A DNA stretch of 64,000 nt from Eledone cirrhosa (lineage: Eukaryota). Within the stretch, counting starts at the first letter, position 1. The number at the start of each line of letters is the position of its first letter. A program made the translations under genes and the position numbers. Below are positions 13,624 through 28,224 of the stretch, piece after piece. Below the pieces are notes generated by a model. It saw nothing but the letters and a program-made list of their open reading frames with translations. It was not told the DNA's origin and searched no databases. The stretch lies in assembly GCA_964016885.1 (NCBI GenBank), contig OZ024761.1, forward strand, positions 29,760,001 through 29,824,000. Reading direction: 5' to 3'.

Positions 13624-14385
13624 TTAAACCATTAGCATTTAAACCGGCCATATCCGGCTAGAATTCTCTCACCTCTTTCTGTTCAAACCAGCCATAACCA
13701 GCTGCTCATATTTATGTTGAGGTATTGTTCTCAAAATAAATAGTATCAGAATCTCCTAGATTCAATATTGTGTGAGATAAAGCCTTTACCATGAAATTAC
13801 AATAGTAAATATAGAGTAATGTAAATGCTAAAGGGTTAAACTGGCTGTATCTGGCCAGAATTCCCTCACCTCTTTCTGTTCAAACCAGCCATAACCGGCT
13901 GCTCATGTTTATGTTGAGGTATTGTTCTCAAAATAAATAGTATCAAAATCTCATAGATTCAATATTATGTAAGATAATTGTGCGAGAATTCTCTCACCAG
14001 CCATAACCAGCTGCTCATACTTATGTTGAGCTAGTGTTCTCAAAATAAATAATATCAAAATCTCATAGATTCAATATTATGTGAGATAATTGTGCCAGAA
14101 TTCTCTCACCAGCCATAACTGGCTGTTCATACTTATGTTGAGCTATTGTTCTCAAAATAAATAGTATCAAAATCTCATAGATTCAATATTATATGAGATA
14201 ATTGTGCCAGAATTCTCTCACCAGCCATAACTGGCTGCTCATACTTATGTTGAGCTATTGTTCTCAAAATAAATAATATCAAAATCTCATAAATTCAATA
14301 TTATGTGAGATAATTGTTTGAGATAAAATGTTTACCATGAAAATACAATAGTAAATATAGCGTAATGTAAATGCTAAAGGGTTAA
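13624..14385. mobile_element. piggyBac-type TTAA MITE with internal tandem expansion (about 120-bp units)
   Basis: TTAA...tagcattt / aaatgctaaaggg-TTAA termini; the empty site is visible in the duplicated region near 12877. Confidence 0.7.
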
Positions 14386-14452
14386 ACATCTTGTAACTTT
14401 TATCTTGTATGTTGTATTTTGTATGGAGTATGTTTGTATTTTGTATTTTTAG

Positions 14453-14581
14453 ATCCAGATTTGGTGAATGAAAGTGACTGCCTAGGGAGGACAGCATTGA
14501 TGTATGCCATCCATTATAACCAACTAAACGCTATGAAATGTCTTCTAGATAATAATGCTGATGTCAATATATCTGCTCATG
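14453..14581 (+). CDS. Ankyrin-repeat gene, first visible exon ([43 protein letters not shown])
   Basis: Acceptor ttgtatttttAG at 14451-52, donor G|GTAAAT at 14582; 129 bp, phase 1-1. Ankyrin consensus GRTALMYA...LL..NADVN. Joins the 55340 exon in frame (SAH-DGSTTVHKAC). Upstream exons were not identified. Confidence 0.9.
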
Positions 14582-16220
14582 GTAAATTATCTCATTTTTC
14601 TTATTTGTTTATTTTTTAAATTTATTTATCTATTTGTAAACAGTTTTTATGGTACTTTGTCACTTGGCTGGTCTCTCGTTATCTCTCTCTCATACACACA
14701 CAGAGCATAAACACAAAAACACACACATGCACTTATACACACAGTATAAACACACACACACATGGAGCATAGACACAAAAACACACATGCACTTACACAG
14801 TATAAACACAGACACACATTCACATGCACAGACACACAAGCACATTTATGTACACACACACACACAGACACCTGTACACACACACATATGTACATACACA
14901 GAGACACATGCACACACACATGCATATACGCGTATGCCCATACACATACACACACACAGCATAAAGACACACACATGTACCCATGCATACACTCTACACA
15001 CATAAACACACTAAGTACAATAAGAATGAAAGTAAGCTCGTTAACACCACAGCCATACCTCTACCTATATTAACACTAAGTACAACAAAACTGGAAGTCA
15101 ACTCGTTAACACCACAGCCATATCTGTATCTATATTAACACTAAGTACTATAAGACAGGAAGTCAGCTCGTTAACCACACAGCCATACCTGTACTGTCTG
15201 GCAACTGACTTGGTAAACACCCACAAAATTATTAACCACCTTTCCAACAACAACCCCGAGCACCTTTATGAATTCCATGTGTCTAACACCTATGGGAAAG
15301 CCTACAAAGTCAGAAATACAACACAGCTCCCATGACATTCGGAAACATTTTTTTCATGTTCAGAGTTACTGAAGCATGGAACAAACTGCCTGCATCAGTT
15401 GTTAGCTATCGGAACACTGCATCCTTTAAAACCTCCATGCTTCCTGAAATTCGCCAACACTACACCTCATTTTCCCCTTCCACACACATGTATAATAAAT
15501 TAAAAAAATAATAATGAAAATATTGTGTACAGTGCTCAGGTGCACTACAACTCATCAAAAAGTGTATGTATAGTACTTAGTGTAATGTACAAACGTCAGG
15601 AAAATGAACAGTGCATGAGTCATTATATACACATGTGTGCATGTGTATGGAAAGGGGTACATCAGGTGTAGTTTTGGCGAATTTCAGGAAGAATGAGGAT
15701 TTTAAAGGATGCAGTGTCTCGGCAGCTAACAACTGATGCAGGCAGTTTGTTCCATGCTTCAGCAACTCTGAGCGTGAAAAAATGTTTCCGAAAGTCATGG
15801 GAGCTGTGTTGTTTTCTGATTTTGTAGGCATGTCCACGTGTGTTATGACTCATACACTGTTCATTTTCCTGGCATTTGTACATTATTCTATGTACTATAC
15901 ATGCACCTTTAATGAGTTGTAGTGCACCTGAGCACTGTACACAATAATTTCATTAAATCATATTTACACAAAGTACTATAAGAATGAAAGTAAACTCGTT
16001 AACACCACAGCCATACCTGTATCTATATTTACACTAAGTACTATAAGAATGACTAATGTCAAAGAACTCTTTACTTCTCTCTGTCCTTAATCACCAGTTA
16101 TTTAGTCAACAAACTTGTATGTCCACTACTTTTTACTACTATTTTACTGTTGGTTGTTCAGTGTAAAGTTCATTAATATGTGATAGGGTTATAATAATAT
16201 ATATATATATATATACACCA

Positions 16221-16335
<115 letters not shown>

Positions 16336-16835
16336 TCGTCCATGTTTTGTGGTTCATCACTTGATAGAACTGGTCATTCCATTTAGTTAACCATGATGTA
16401 ATATATATATATATATATATGTATATATGTGTGTGTAAATACATATATACCAAAACACCAATATTTTCTTGGTACTTAACTATTTTAATACTAAACCAGC
16501 CGTAACTGGCCACGTATAGCAATGTTAAGATATTGTTCTCAAAATAAATAATCTCAAATTCTTATAGATTAGATATTAAGTGAGATAATTATGTGAGGTA
16601 AAGCCTTTACTACAAAAATACAATAGTAAATATAGAGTAATGCAAATGCTAAAGGGTTAATCCTTTTAATACTAAACTGTCTAAAACTACTGCTGTTTCT
16701 ACAGTACAACATTCTTTGTTTTAAAGTGTTTATATTTATCTGAAAAACATTCCGTCATAATTTTATATAAGAACCTTTGTTGAATAATGTTTCTAACTCC
16801 AACCCCACCACCACCACCACAACTACTGTGATCCT

Positions 16836-17066
16836 TTAACCCTTTAGCATTTAAATCGGCCATATCCAGCGATAATTCTCTCACCTCTTCCTGGTCAAAC
16901 AGGCTGTAACTGGCCACTCATACTGACGTTAAGGTATTGTTCTCAAAATAAATAATGTCAAAATCTCATAGATTTGATATTGTGTGAGATAATTATGTGA
17001 GGTAAAGCTTTTAGTGTGAAAATATAATAGTATATATATAGAGTAATCTGAATGTTAAAGGGTTAA
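16836..17066. mobile_element. piggyBac-type TTAA MITE (about 225 bp)
   Basis: TTAA-CCCTTTAGCATT...AATGTTAAAGGG-TTAA; other copies at 22677-22904, 55797-56011 and 61169-61392. Confidence 0.8.
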
Positions 17067-18147
17067 ATAATTGTTTCTAATTTTTGGCACAAGGCCAGCA
17101 ATTACCCAGTGCATTACTGGTATTTTATTTTATCGACCCCGTAAGGATGAAAGGCAAAGTTAACCTCGGCGGGATTCGAACTCAGAATGGCAAGCGCCGT
17201 AACTCTATGTGTCAAAGCATAGCGTCCGACCGTCTACCGATATTGCCAATCCACCCTTAAAGGGTTAAATAATGTTCCTAACTTCAACTCCACCACAACC
17301 ACTAGCACCACCATAACTATTATCCTTTAAGGTTCAGTAAAGCACTTCTCTGAGGTTTATGGCTGCCTAGTTGGCCTTAATTTTCCTGACATTTGTACAT
17401 TATTCTATGTACTATACATGCACCTTTGATGAGTTGTAGTGCACCTGAGCACTGTACACAATAATTTCATTATTATTATTATTATTTGGCAGTATCGGTA
17501 GAGGGTCGGACACCATGCTTTGACGCATAGAGTTACGTCCCTTTATGATCTGAGTTCAAATCCCGCCAAGGTTAACTTTGCCTTTCATCCTTACGGGGTC
17601 GATAAAATAAAGTACCAGTAACACACTGGGTAATTGCTGGCCTTGTGCCCAAAGTAGAAACAATTATTATTATTATTATTATTAATTGTAGCACCAGCCT
17701 TGTATAAAACTGTAAACCTTTAAGGTTCAGTCATGTGCCAACTCTTTGAGTTTGCCGAGAGAATGTAAATCATGTTTCTGTTACTGTGAAATACTAGTTG
17801 CATGAAACTCTGGCTGACAACAACAAAATATAGTGACTGTCTGTATGTCTGTCTGTCTGCCTGTCTGTTTGTCAGTTTGTCTGTGTCTGTCTGTCTGTCT
17901 GCCTGTTTGTCAGTTTGTCTGTCCGACCGTCTTTCTGGTTGTCTGTCTGTCTGTCTGCCTGACTGTTTGTCTGTTTATCTCATTCATGTGCACACACACA
18001 TGCAAGCACACAAACACACACACACACACACAAGCACATAAACACACAAACACACATACACAAACAAACACACACACACACATATACACACAAACAAACA
18101 CACACACGCACAGATACACACACATACAAGCACACAAACACACAAAC

Positions 18148-18178
<31 letters not shown>

Positions 18179-19324
18179 AACACACATACACACACAAACA
18201 CATACACACACAAACAAACACACACATGCAAGCACACAAACAAACACACACACACAAACAAACACACACATGCAAGCACACAAACACACACACAAACACA
18301 CAAACACACACATACACAAACACACATACAAACAAACACACATACACACACACATGCAAGCACACGCAAGCACACGCACACACATGCAAGCACACAAACA
18401 AAAGTGCATGCAACATGAGTAAGAGAGCGGGTAGGATGGTAGAATGGTTGTATATTTAATAGGTCAATACTATAATATGATATAACTAGAGAGTCCTCTA
18501 TAGGGTCCACCGGCCTGCTAGAAACAGCAGCCAGATCACCCTGATATCACACTCATACATCTCATAAACGAGGAAAATTCATTAGATAAATAGTCCACCA
18601 AAAAATTGGGATGGTCATGGCTGTAGTGTCTTTGATAGTAAATCTGTTTAGTCAGGAATGAATACATACACACACACTTATACACGCATACATACTTACA
18701 CATACTCACACATACACACACATGCACACGCATACACACTCACACATATACACACACACACTTATACATACACACACACATACTTACACATATACACACA
18801 CACTAACACATACTCACACACACATACTTATACATACACACACACACACACATACACACATATACTCACACACTTAAACACACACACATGCATGTATTAA
18901 GAGAAAATTATTTCTAAAATATATCTAAATAAAAATATATATTCAATGGATTTGATATATGACCACCTGAAAAATATCCTTGTTTTTACAATAAATTTTA
19001 TAGTCTATTTATTCTAAACACCCAACATATATTTACAGAATGTACTGTATATATGTGCAAGTGAGAGAAATTATATAACAGACTGTAATATACTTTCTCT
19101 CACACTCTCTCTCTCTTCCTCTGTATATATATATATATCATCATTATCATCATCATTTTACGTCCGCTTTTCCCTGCTTGCAAGGGTGGGACGGGAACTG
19201 ATTCTGGCTTGATTTCTACAGCTGGATGCCCTTCCTAACACCAACCTCATTTACAGTGAGTGCTGGGTGCTTTTTTTCCGTGGTGCCTACACGACCACTT
19301 TAAAGTGTGGGCTGGGTGCTTTTT

Positions 19325-19358
<34 letters not shown>

Positions 19359-19447
19359 GTAGGAAGTGAGTTTTATTGTAGCACAATAAAGCAATGCAAA
19401 TATTGGATAAGTAGCACTCCAGAGTTTATAGGACTGGAGTATATAAA

Positions 19448-19713
19448 TAATATAAGATCAAAAGATGGTTAAAAGAGTTCCAAGTATTTTATTATGCGCA
19501 TTTCAAAAACAAATATCCTCATGGGATGTTGATTTAACACTTAATATGTTGATTTAACACTTCACTGCTCGCAAGCGTTTTTTTAAGCTTCATATCATGT
19601 CTCCCTATTTTATCTGATCAAAACGCAAATATCATCCCATGAGGATATTTGTTTTTGAAATGCGCATAATAAAATACTTGGAACTCTTTTAACCATCTTT
19701 TGATCTTATATTA
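19448..19713. mobile_element. Penelope-like inverted repeat (about 80-bp arms) with degenerate hammerhead
   Basis: Arms 19448-19528/19633-19713 are near-perfect complements; they contain cCATGAGG...GAAA-TGCGCA-TA (palindromic stem III, damaged core). Confidence 0.55.
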
Positions 19714-20266
19714 TATATATATAGGAAAAGAGTCAGGACCCCAACGGCTGAGCTCCGGCCAGCCGTTTCGACAGCTAGATCTGCCAATCACCATCATCTG
19801 CCCTAAGTATCGAGTACTCTGGTGTGTAATGGTCCAGAGAGAGAGAGAGAGAAATAATAATTTTGAAGACCAAAATCCGAAGAGGACTCAATATGTTTCA
19901 GAAGATCCCGTAAAAGGGTGAAAGCAGCAATTCTTTGCTTAAACTTTAATCTGTACTAATATATATATATATATATATCATCATTTCATCATTTCATTTT
20001 ACGTCCACTTTTCCCTGCTTGCAAGGGTGGGACGGGAACTGGTTCTGGCTTGATTTCTACAGCTGGATGCCCTTCCTAACACCAACCTCATTTACAGTGA
20101 GTGCTGGGTGCTTTTTTGCCGTGGCACCGCCACGACCACTTTGCAGTGGAATGATAGGGACCCCAGTCCCTATCATCTCATTTCTACAGCTGAGTAAACT
20201 GGAGCAATGTGAAATAAAGTGTCTTGCTCAAGGAAACAACACATCACCCGGTCTGAGAATTGAACT

Positions 20267-20323
<57 letters not shown>

Positions 20324-21205
20324 CTTAATGCTGTACGGGAATCATTCCTTTACGGCGCTAATAGAAATCTTTTGATTCCAGAGTCATGCCCGATCAATGG
20401 AGATTGAACCTTAAGCTGATCAATCGCAAAATGCACGTCACACCTCAATAAACATAATGAAAATTTGACACCTCATCCATATTATTATTATTATGGGTGG
20501 TAGATTGGCAGTATCAGTAGAGAGTCAGACACCATGTTTTGAAGCATAGAGTTACGGTCCTTTACGGTCTGAGTTCAAATCCTGCCGAGGTTAACTTTGC
20601 CTTTCATCCTTACGGGGTCGATGAAATAAAGTACCAGTAATGTACTGGGGTGGATTTAATCGACTTTCCCCTCCCCCCAAATTACTGGCCTTGTGCCTAT
20701 ATAAGAAACCATTATTATTAGCAGCATAGAGTTATGGCCCTTTACGTTCTGAGTTCAAATCCCGCCGAGGTTAGCTTTGCCTTTCATCCTTACGGGGGCC
20801 GATAAAATAAAGTACCAGTAATACACTGGGTAATTGCTGGCCTTGTACCAAAAGTAGAAACAATTATTATTATTTTATATATAAATATCATCATCATCAT
20901 CATCATCATCATTTGACGTCCATCTTCCACGCTAGCATGGGTTAGACAGTTTTGTTCCATTTGATGCGGCAATGGTTGGGAGTCGATGCCTTGCTTGCAC
21001 GGAAGCGTCTCTGGCAGGTTTTTTTACAGCTGGATGCCCTTCCTAACACCAACCACATTTACAGTGTTGTAGACTGGGAGTGTTTTCACCGTGTCTCCTA
21101 CACAGCCACCTTACAGTGTGGACTGTTGTGTCATCGTTTAATGTCCATCTTCCATGTTAGCATGGGTTAGACGACAAGATGGGTCGAGTGACTGTGTCTT
21201 TGCTC

Positions 21206-21274
<69 letters not shown>

Positions 21275-21419
21275 TGTGTGTGTGTTAGCGTGTCACATCT
21301 GTAAAGCGATGCGCAGGAGTGAGGGAGGTTTATAGAGTCATTTGCGGGCTCATGGCTGTTCAGCACAACATTGAAAAGATGGCCCTCTTCTGTAAAGAAA
21401 TGGCAGTTGTTATGTATAG

Positions 21420-21589
21420 GGTGGTGGTGATGGTGGTGATGGTGGTGATGGTGTGGCAGTAGCGGCAGTGGGGGGTGGAAATGTTGGTGGTGGTGGTGGT
21501 GGTGGTGGTGATGAAGGTGATGGTGGTGGCGACGGTGGTAATGATAATGATGATCATTACGGTCATTATGATCATGATGGTGGTGGTGG

Positions 21590-21627
<38 letters not shown>

Positions 21628-22460
21628 GTGATGGTGGTGGTAACGATAACGATGAAGGTGGTAGTGGTGGTGGTCATAATGATGATGATGATGATGATTA
21701 TGATGATGGTGGTGGTAACGATGATGATGAAGGTGGTAGTGGTGGTGGTCATAATGATGATGATGATGATGATGATAATGATGAAGGTGACGGTGGTAGT
21801 AATGATGACGATAATGAAGGTGGTGGTGGTGGCGGTAATGATGACGGGGATCATGATGGTGGTGGTGGTGGTAACGATGATGATGAAGGTGGTGGTAGTG
21901 GTGGTGGTGGTGGTGGTGATGATGATGATAATGGCGGTGGGGGTAGTGACGATGATGAATGAGGAGGTAGTGGCGGTGATGGTAGTAATGCTGATGATGA
22001 TGGTGGTGGTGGTGGTCGTGATGATGGTGATGGTGATGGTGCTGATGGTAATGATGACGATGATGATGGTGGTGGTGGTAATGATGATGATGATGATGGC
22101 GGTGGTGGTTGTGATGATGATGATGAAGGTAGTGGTTGTGGTGGTGGTGGTGGTAATGATGATGATGATGAAGGCGGGGGTGATGATGATGATGATGGCG
22201 GTGGTAATGATGATGATGATGGCGGTGGTAATGATGATGATGATAGCGGTGGTGGTTGTGATGGCGATGATGCTGTAGGTGGTGGTGGTGGTGGTGGTAG
22301 TAATGAAGATGATGACGATGGCAGTGGTGGTTGTAATGATCATGATGGTAGTGGTAATGTTTATGATGATGGCGGTGATGATGATGATGGTGGTGGTGAT
22401 GATGGTGGTAATAATGACAATGATATTGATGAAGCTGGTAATAATGATGACGATAATAGA
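21420..22460. repeat. Mixed trinucleotide (GAT/GGT/AAT) cryptic repeat, about 1 kb
   Basis: Period-3 low-complexity tract. Confidence 0.95.
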
Positions 22461-22557
22461 GTTTCTTATATAACAAACATACCTGAAAAACCTTTCTATA
22501 TATATATTTTGTTTGTTTGTTTGTTAAAACCTGACCCACATGTTTTATGGTATAAAC

Positions 22558-23085
22558 CAGGGGTCCCCAACCCCCGGCCCGCGAAGGCCTTTATCCTGCC
22601 CGTGAGGGTTCTAAAAAGGGTACAGTTTGCAATAAATTTACACTTGATTTATCGATATTGCCAAATAAAACAATGTTTAACCCTTTAGCATTCACATTAC
22701 TCTATATATACTATTATATTTTCATGGTAAAGGCTTTATCTTACATAATTATCTCACATAATATCGAATCTATGAGATTTTGAAAGTATTTATTTTGAGA
22801 ACAATAGCTTAACATCAGTTTAAGCGACCAGTTACAGCCAGTTTCAACAGAAAGAGGTAGAGAATTCTGGCTGGTTTTGGCCAGTTTGAACACTAAAGGG
22901 TTACATGTATTTTTCTGCTTGGGACAGCTCTAAGTATCAATATTGAATTTTGTTTCAAATCTAACATAAGGGATAAATAAATGATTACTTATTTGCATAT
23001 AAGTAGTATTAATTGCGCATCTGGCCCGCGGAGCCACCGCTGCATGGCTATCCGGCCCGCGGACCCAAAAGGTTGGGGACCCCTG
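22558..23085. mobile_element. hAT (Charlie-like) MITE with nested TTAA MITE at 22677-22904
   Basis: TIRs CAGGGGTCCCCAACC/GGTTGGGGACCCCTG; 8-bp TSD GTATAAAC at 22550-57 and 23086-93. Confidence 0.9.
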
Positions 23086-24088
23086 GTATAAACCATGTCA
23101 AACAAATTTAATAAGAGAAGAAGAGAATAAATGAAGTTAGACACATGTCCTCTTGTTAGATTTAAACAAAGGAAAATCGCTCTGAGGAAGATTGTCAATG
23201 TTGATTGTACAATAATCAGCTGTTAGACAGCTCATAATTCCTAATTTAAGACCCCACCAAGTTCACTGTTGCCAAGGTAACATATCTATATGACCATTGT
23301 ATATAAAGATTCTTTGTCTGTCTGCTTATGAAAAATCTCTATCAAACATACTAACTACATTTCTGTGCTGAATGAGCATGTGTTTGTTTGTGTTTGTTTG
23401 TGTATGTTTGTGTGTTTGTGTGTGTGTTTGTGTGTGAAAGATCACGGCTTAGTGGTTAGGGTGTTCAGCTCGCAATTATAAGGCCGTGAGTTCAAAAATC
23501 CCAGCTATGTGCCATGCCCTGTGTGTGTGAAAGCTCATGGCATAGTGGTTAGGGTGTTCAGCTCGCAATTATAAGGTCATGAGTTCAAATCCCAGCCACA
23601 TACCATGTCCTGTGTGTATATAGAAGCTCGTGGCTTAGTGGTTAGGGTGTTCGGTTCATTATTATAAGGTCATGAGTTCAATTCACAGCCAAATGCTACA
23701 CTCTATATATGTGAAAGCTCACGGCTTAGTGGTTAGGGTGTTCGGCTTACGATTGTGAGGTTGTGAGTTCAAATCCCAGCTACATGCTATGCCCTAGAGT
23801 AAGACACTTTATTTTACATTGCTCCAGTTCAACTCAGCTGGCAAAAATGAGCTGCACCTGTAACTTCAAAGGGTCTGCTTTATCACACAGTGTGTCACAC
23901 TGAATCTCCCCTAGAATTAAGCTAAAGTTACACATGTCTGTGGAATGCTCAGCCACTTGCACGTTAATTTCATTGTTCAAACAACTGGAACATTCATCGT
24001 AGTTGGAAGAGAGAGAGTCAAATGCATACAATGAATGTGTGTTTATATGTGTGTGTATATATATATATGTGTGTGTGTGTGTGTGAAT

Positions 24089-24122
<34 letters not shown>

Positions 24123-24247
24123 ATATATATATATAGTAATAATACTAAAAAGGACAAAGTGTTAGATCTTCATTATTATTACACTCCGCTTAGTACAACA
24201 CCAATATACCTACTGGAAACTACTCATTGAGTGCTCATTCTGGTGAA

Positions 24248-24301
<54 letters not shown>

Positions 24302-24503
24302 CATATATACATATAATCCTGTTGCTCTACTTGGCTGCTATTTTTTTAGTAGTAATTGTAGACAGCAAGTCTTTGATTTTCCCGCTTTTACTTCGGTCCA
24401 GTTTACATACGGGTCACTTTTACGACCTTTCAGACCTTTATTAGCTGGCAGGAGGTTATATATTTTGTCGTTCCTGGGACGTTTAGCCCTAGGAAGGGAA
24501 AAT

Positions 24504-24586
24504 GCTTCTCTGATGAGCTTTGGTTTTCCATCATAAATCCATCGGATTTATGAGGTTTTACAAAGCGAAACTGATCAGTAAGGGCC
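24504..24586 (+). ncRNA. Type I hammerhead ribozyme, core intact
   Basis: ttct-CTGATGA(24510)-GCTTTG...TCATAAATCC/GGATTTATGA...CAAAGC-GAAA(24567)-CTGATCAG-TA-aggg. Perfect stem II base, palindromic stem III ACTGATCAGT, GUA site. Confidence 0.8.
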
Positions 24587-24668
24587 ACTAGGAGAGGTAA
24601 ATATTTATATTATATTTTTTAATGTATTTTAAAAAATTGATTGAATTTTACTTGTTCTGCTTATCTTA

Positions 24669-24849
<181 letters not shown>

Positions 24850-24855
24850 AGTATA

Positions 24856-24916
<61 letters not shown>

Positions 24917-25369
24917 TCATCATCTTCGTTTAACGTCCATTTTCCACGCTAGCATGGGTTAGACGTGAGTTGTTCCACTTGAGGCAAGGTTGGTCGGGTG
25001 ACCATGTCTCGCTCATATAGGACTATCTGGCAGGTTTACTACGGCTGGATGCCCTTCCTAACACCAACCCCATTTACAGTGTGGAACTGGGAACTTTTTA
25101 CCGTGTTACCTACACGGCCATATTACAGCGTGGGCTGTGTTTTTTTCTCGTGACACCTACACGATCTCGATCTCATTTATCTCATTTATTTGGACTGGAT
25201 GTTGTGGTACCAACTTTATAGAGAGAGGGTGGTATTGGTGGGAGTGGGAGGATAGGGTAGGGGTAGTGGATTGGGGTGTATATTTGGTTAAGAGGTGCCT
25301 ACTGATTGTATGTTTCGCTTTGTACATAGGCAAGGCGGGTCTTCTGTATTACTACATAGCGCCAAAGAT

Positions 25370-26440
25370 CTCGGTCCAGTGACATTGTCTTAGAGAGGTG
25401 CAAGTGTGTAAGGTCGGAATTTATCAGATTGTCCCAGGTTTTTCTGGGTCTACCTACCCCGTAACTACCATCAATTTTGATTGCCCTGCACTATTTTCTA
25501 CAGCTGTCATCTTTCATGCTCATCACGTGGCCATACCAACGTAGTCTTCTCTCGAGTAAACAGCATCTGATCCTTCTTATTCCTAATTTCTCACTTAGTT
25601 CATTTATGCTTTGCCGTTCATGTATATTACTATTACACATCCGACGGAGCATGCATGCTTCGTTCCTTTCCAGTCTACGCAGGTCCTCTGCACGCAATGC
25701 CCGTGTCTCACTGCCATGTAGCATTGCTGTTCGTATACAAGCATCATACAATCTGCCTTTCATTTTTCGAGAGAAACCTTTTGTGGCCAACAGCGGTATA
25801 AGCTCTCTGAACTTTTTCCATCCCGTTCTGACTCTGGCTACTGTACTTTCAGAACACCCTCCACCACTGCTGATTTCGTCACCCAGGTAACGGAAAGTGT
25901 CTACTATTTCTATAGAACCATCTGGGAAATAGAAGGGGCTAGTATCCTGTGGACACTTGCTACCTATTGCACCTGAGCATCGGCCACATATAAAGTCTAC
26001 GTTTTTAGATAGTTTAGCTGTGATCCCACTACATCTTTTATGTACCCATACTTTGCATTTGGGACATAAAATTGAATTTCTGCCTACTCCTTTCCTACAC
26101 ACTGAGCAAGGCCATTTCCCTGAGGGTACCTGTGCCTTATTTTCCTTTCTACAAACTAGGACTTTAGTCTTAGACAAGTTAACTTTAAGGTCTTTTGATT
26201 CTAGGCCATGCTTCCATGTATGGAATTTCTTTTCTAGTTCAGTCATTGATTCAGCTATGAGCGTTAGACTATCTGCGTATAGGAGTTCCTATGGGCAGCC
26301 GGTCTTGAACTCCTCTGTTATAGCCTGAAGGGCAATAATAAATAGGAGGGGGCTAAGGACAGAACGTTGGTGAACACCAACTTTTACACTAAATTCTTCA
26401 CAATATTCATTGTTAATTCTAACCTTACTGACTGTTTCAT
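25370..26440 (-). mobile_element. RTE-clade LINE 3' portion (RT C-terminus)
   Basis: [52 protein letters not shown]. Confidence 0.92.
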
Positions 26441-26570
26441 TATACATATATATATATATACATATATATATATACATATATATATATATATGCATATACA
26501 CATAGACACACACACAGACACACACATATATATACAAAATGTTGTTAAGACAGGATTACTTTTTTATCTG

Positions 26571-26670
<100 letters not shown>

Positions 26671-28059
26671 AGGTGGTTCCTAACAACAACAACAATAAAA
26701 CTTATATAATCAATATGATGTTTATGTTTGCTATTGTTTCATTGTCCTTGGCATATACAATGACAAATGTGTTGCCTTGGAGTTGGATCAAGATGTTCTG
26801 AAAGAGCCAGGTTAATGAAATAAACTTGTTCTTCATCTTTAATTGGCAAAAAGCAGGTAGATACTTGGAAAATAATAGGTTTTTTATTTGTTAGCTTGTT
26901 TGTAGGTATTTTTTTAATGTATTCTTGATTACTTTGGTCTTAAAGATGGAGGATAAACAGTCTCATTTTCCCTCCCCTCACCCACCCACCTCACCTTGAT
27001 CTCTCTCTCTCTCTCTCTCTATTCAATATCAACACCTTATAAAAACATTCAGTTATTTACAGAATAAGTTGATAATAAGCAGCCACTAAGATTAATTACA
27101 CCTTTTACAACATTGTGTATGATGTAATCTTGTGTGTGTATATAAACATTATTAGTCATAGAACTGGGGTTGTTTTTAAGTGGTTTCCTATCAAAAACAT
27201 TAATTAATACAAGGAAAGAAAAGAAGCTGATCATAAGATCAGACCAAGGAAACTATATTTCCATTAGTGAGACTGTCTATCAGTCACAACTCCTGGCAGA
27301 AAAAAAAAATTTGATTATCAGATCAGACTAAGGAAACAAGGTTTCCATTGGTCTTTCCATTGCTGATAATATCTGTCTGTCACAACAACTGGCAGAAAAA
27401 AGGAGCTAATTATCAGATCAGACTAAGGAAACTATGTTTCCATTGGTCTTTCTATTACTGTTACTATCTGTTAGTCATAATTCCTGGCAGAAGAAAGGAA
27501 CTGATCATCAGATCAGACCAAGGAAACTATATTACTGTTGGTTATTCATTGCTGATACTCCCTATTAGTCATAACTCTTGGCAGAAGAATGGAGCTGATC
27601 ATCAGATCAGACCTTAGAAACAATATTTCTGTTACTAATACTCTCTGTGAGTCTGAAAAATTAACTGCTATTTTCAACAGGTTAAACACTACTTAGAGTC
27701 TTCTTCATTTGCTCATGTATTATAAAATTATCTTCTTAGATTACTTATTACTAAAGTCCTTATTAGTTTTAACTGACAAATATTATAAATATTCACTGTT
27801 ATATAATTTCCCCTTATACAATTTACTGAAAATATCTCATGATTTTATACTTAGAAACATCTTTTCTCTTCCAATTGTTCTATTAACTAGTACTATTGTC
27901 AAAGATTTGACCTTTCAAAGCTAGATTCACATTTCACAGCTGTCTTGATAAGTTGGTCACATTCTAAATCTAACTGCTCTTACGTAACTATTGTTGTCGA
28001 GAATTTATGGCAAAATAGTTATAACATACATCTCTCTCTCAACTTCTCTCTCCTCTCTC

Positions 28060-28096
<37 letters not shown>

Positions 28097-28190
28097 TAGG
28101 TAGTTCGGTGAAATACTGGTGTTGGTACCAAATTAAGCACTCTATGCACAGGCAGAGTGTATATAGTAAACGAAACTTCCTCGTTTTTTC

Positions 28191-28224
<34 letters not shown>

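Noticed and set aside
21290-21360. C2H2 zinc-finger-like peptide CHICK...SHLRAH
   Set aside because: Single finger with an in-frame stop; more consistent with an RTE LINE C-terminal remnant than a host gene.
21157-22539. 460-aa poly-His ORF and overlapping ORFs
   Set aside because: They arise from a triplet repeat lacking stops in several frames; no complex coding sequence or splice support.
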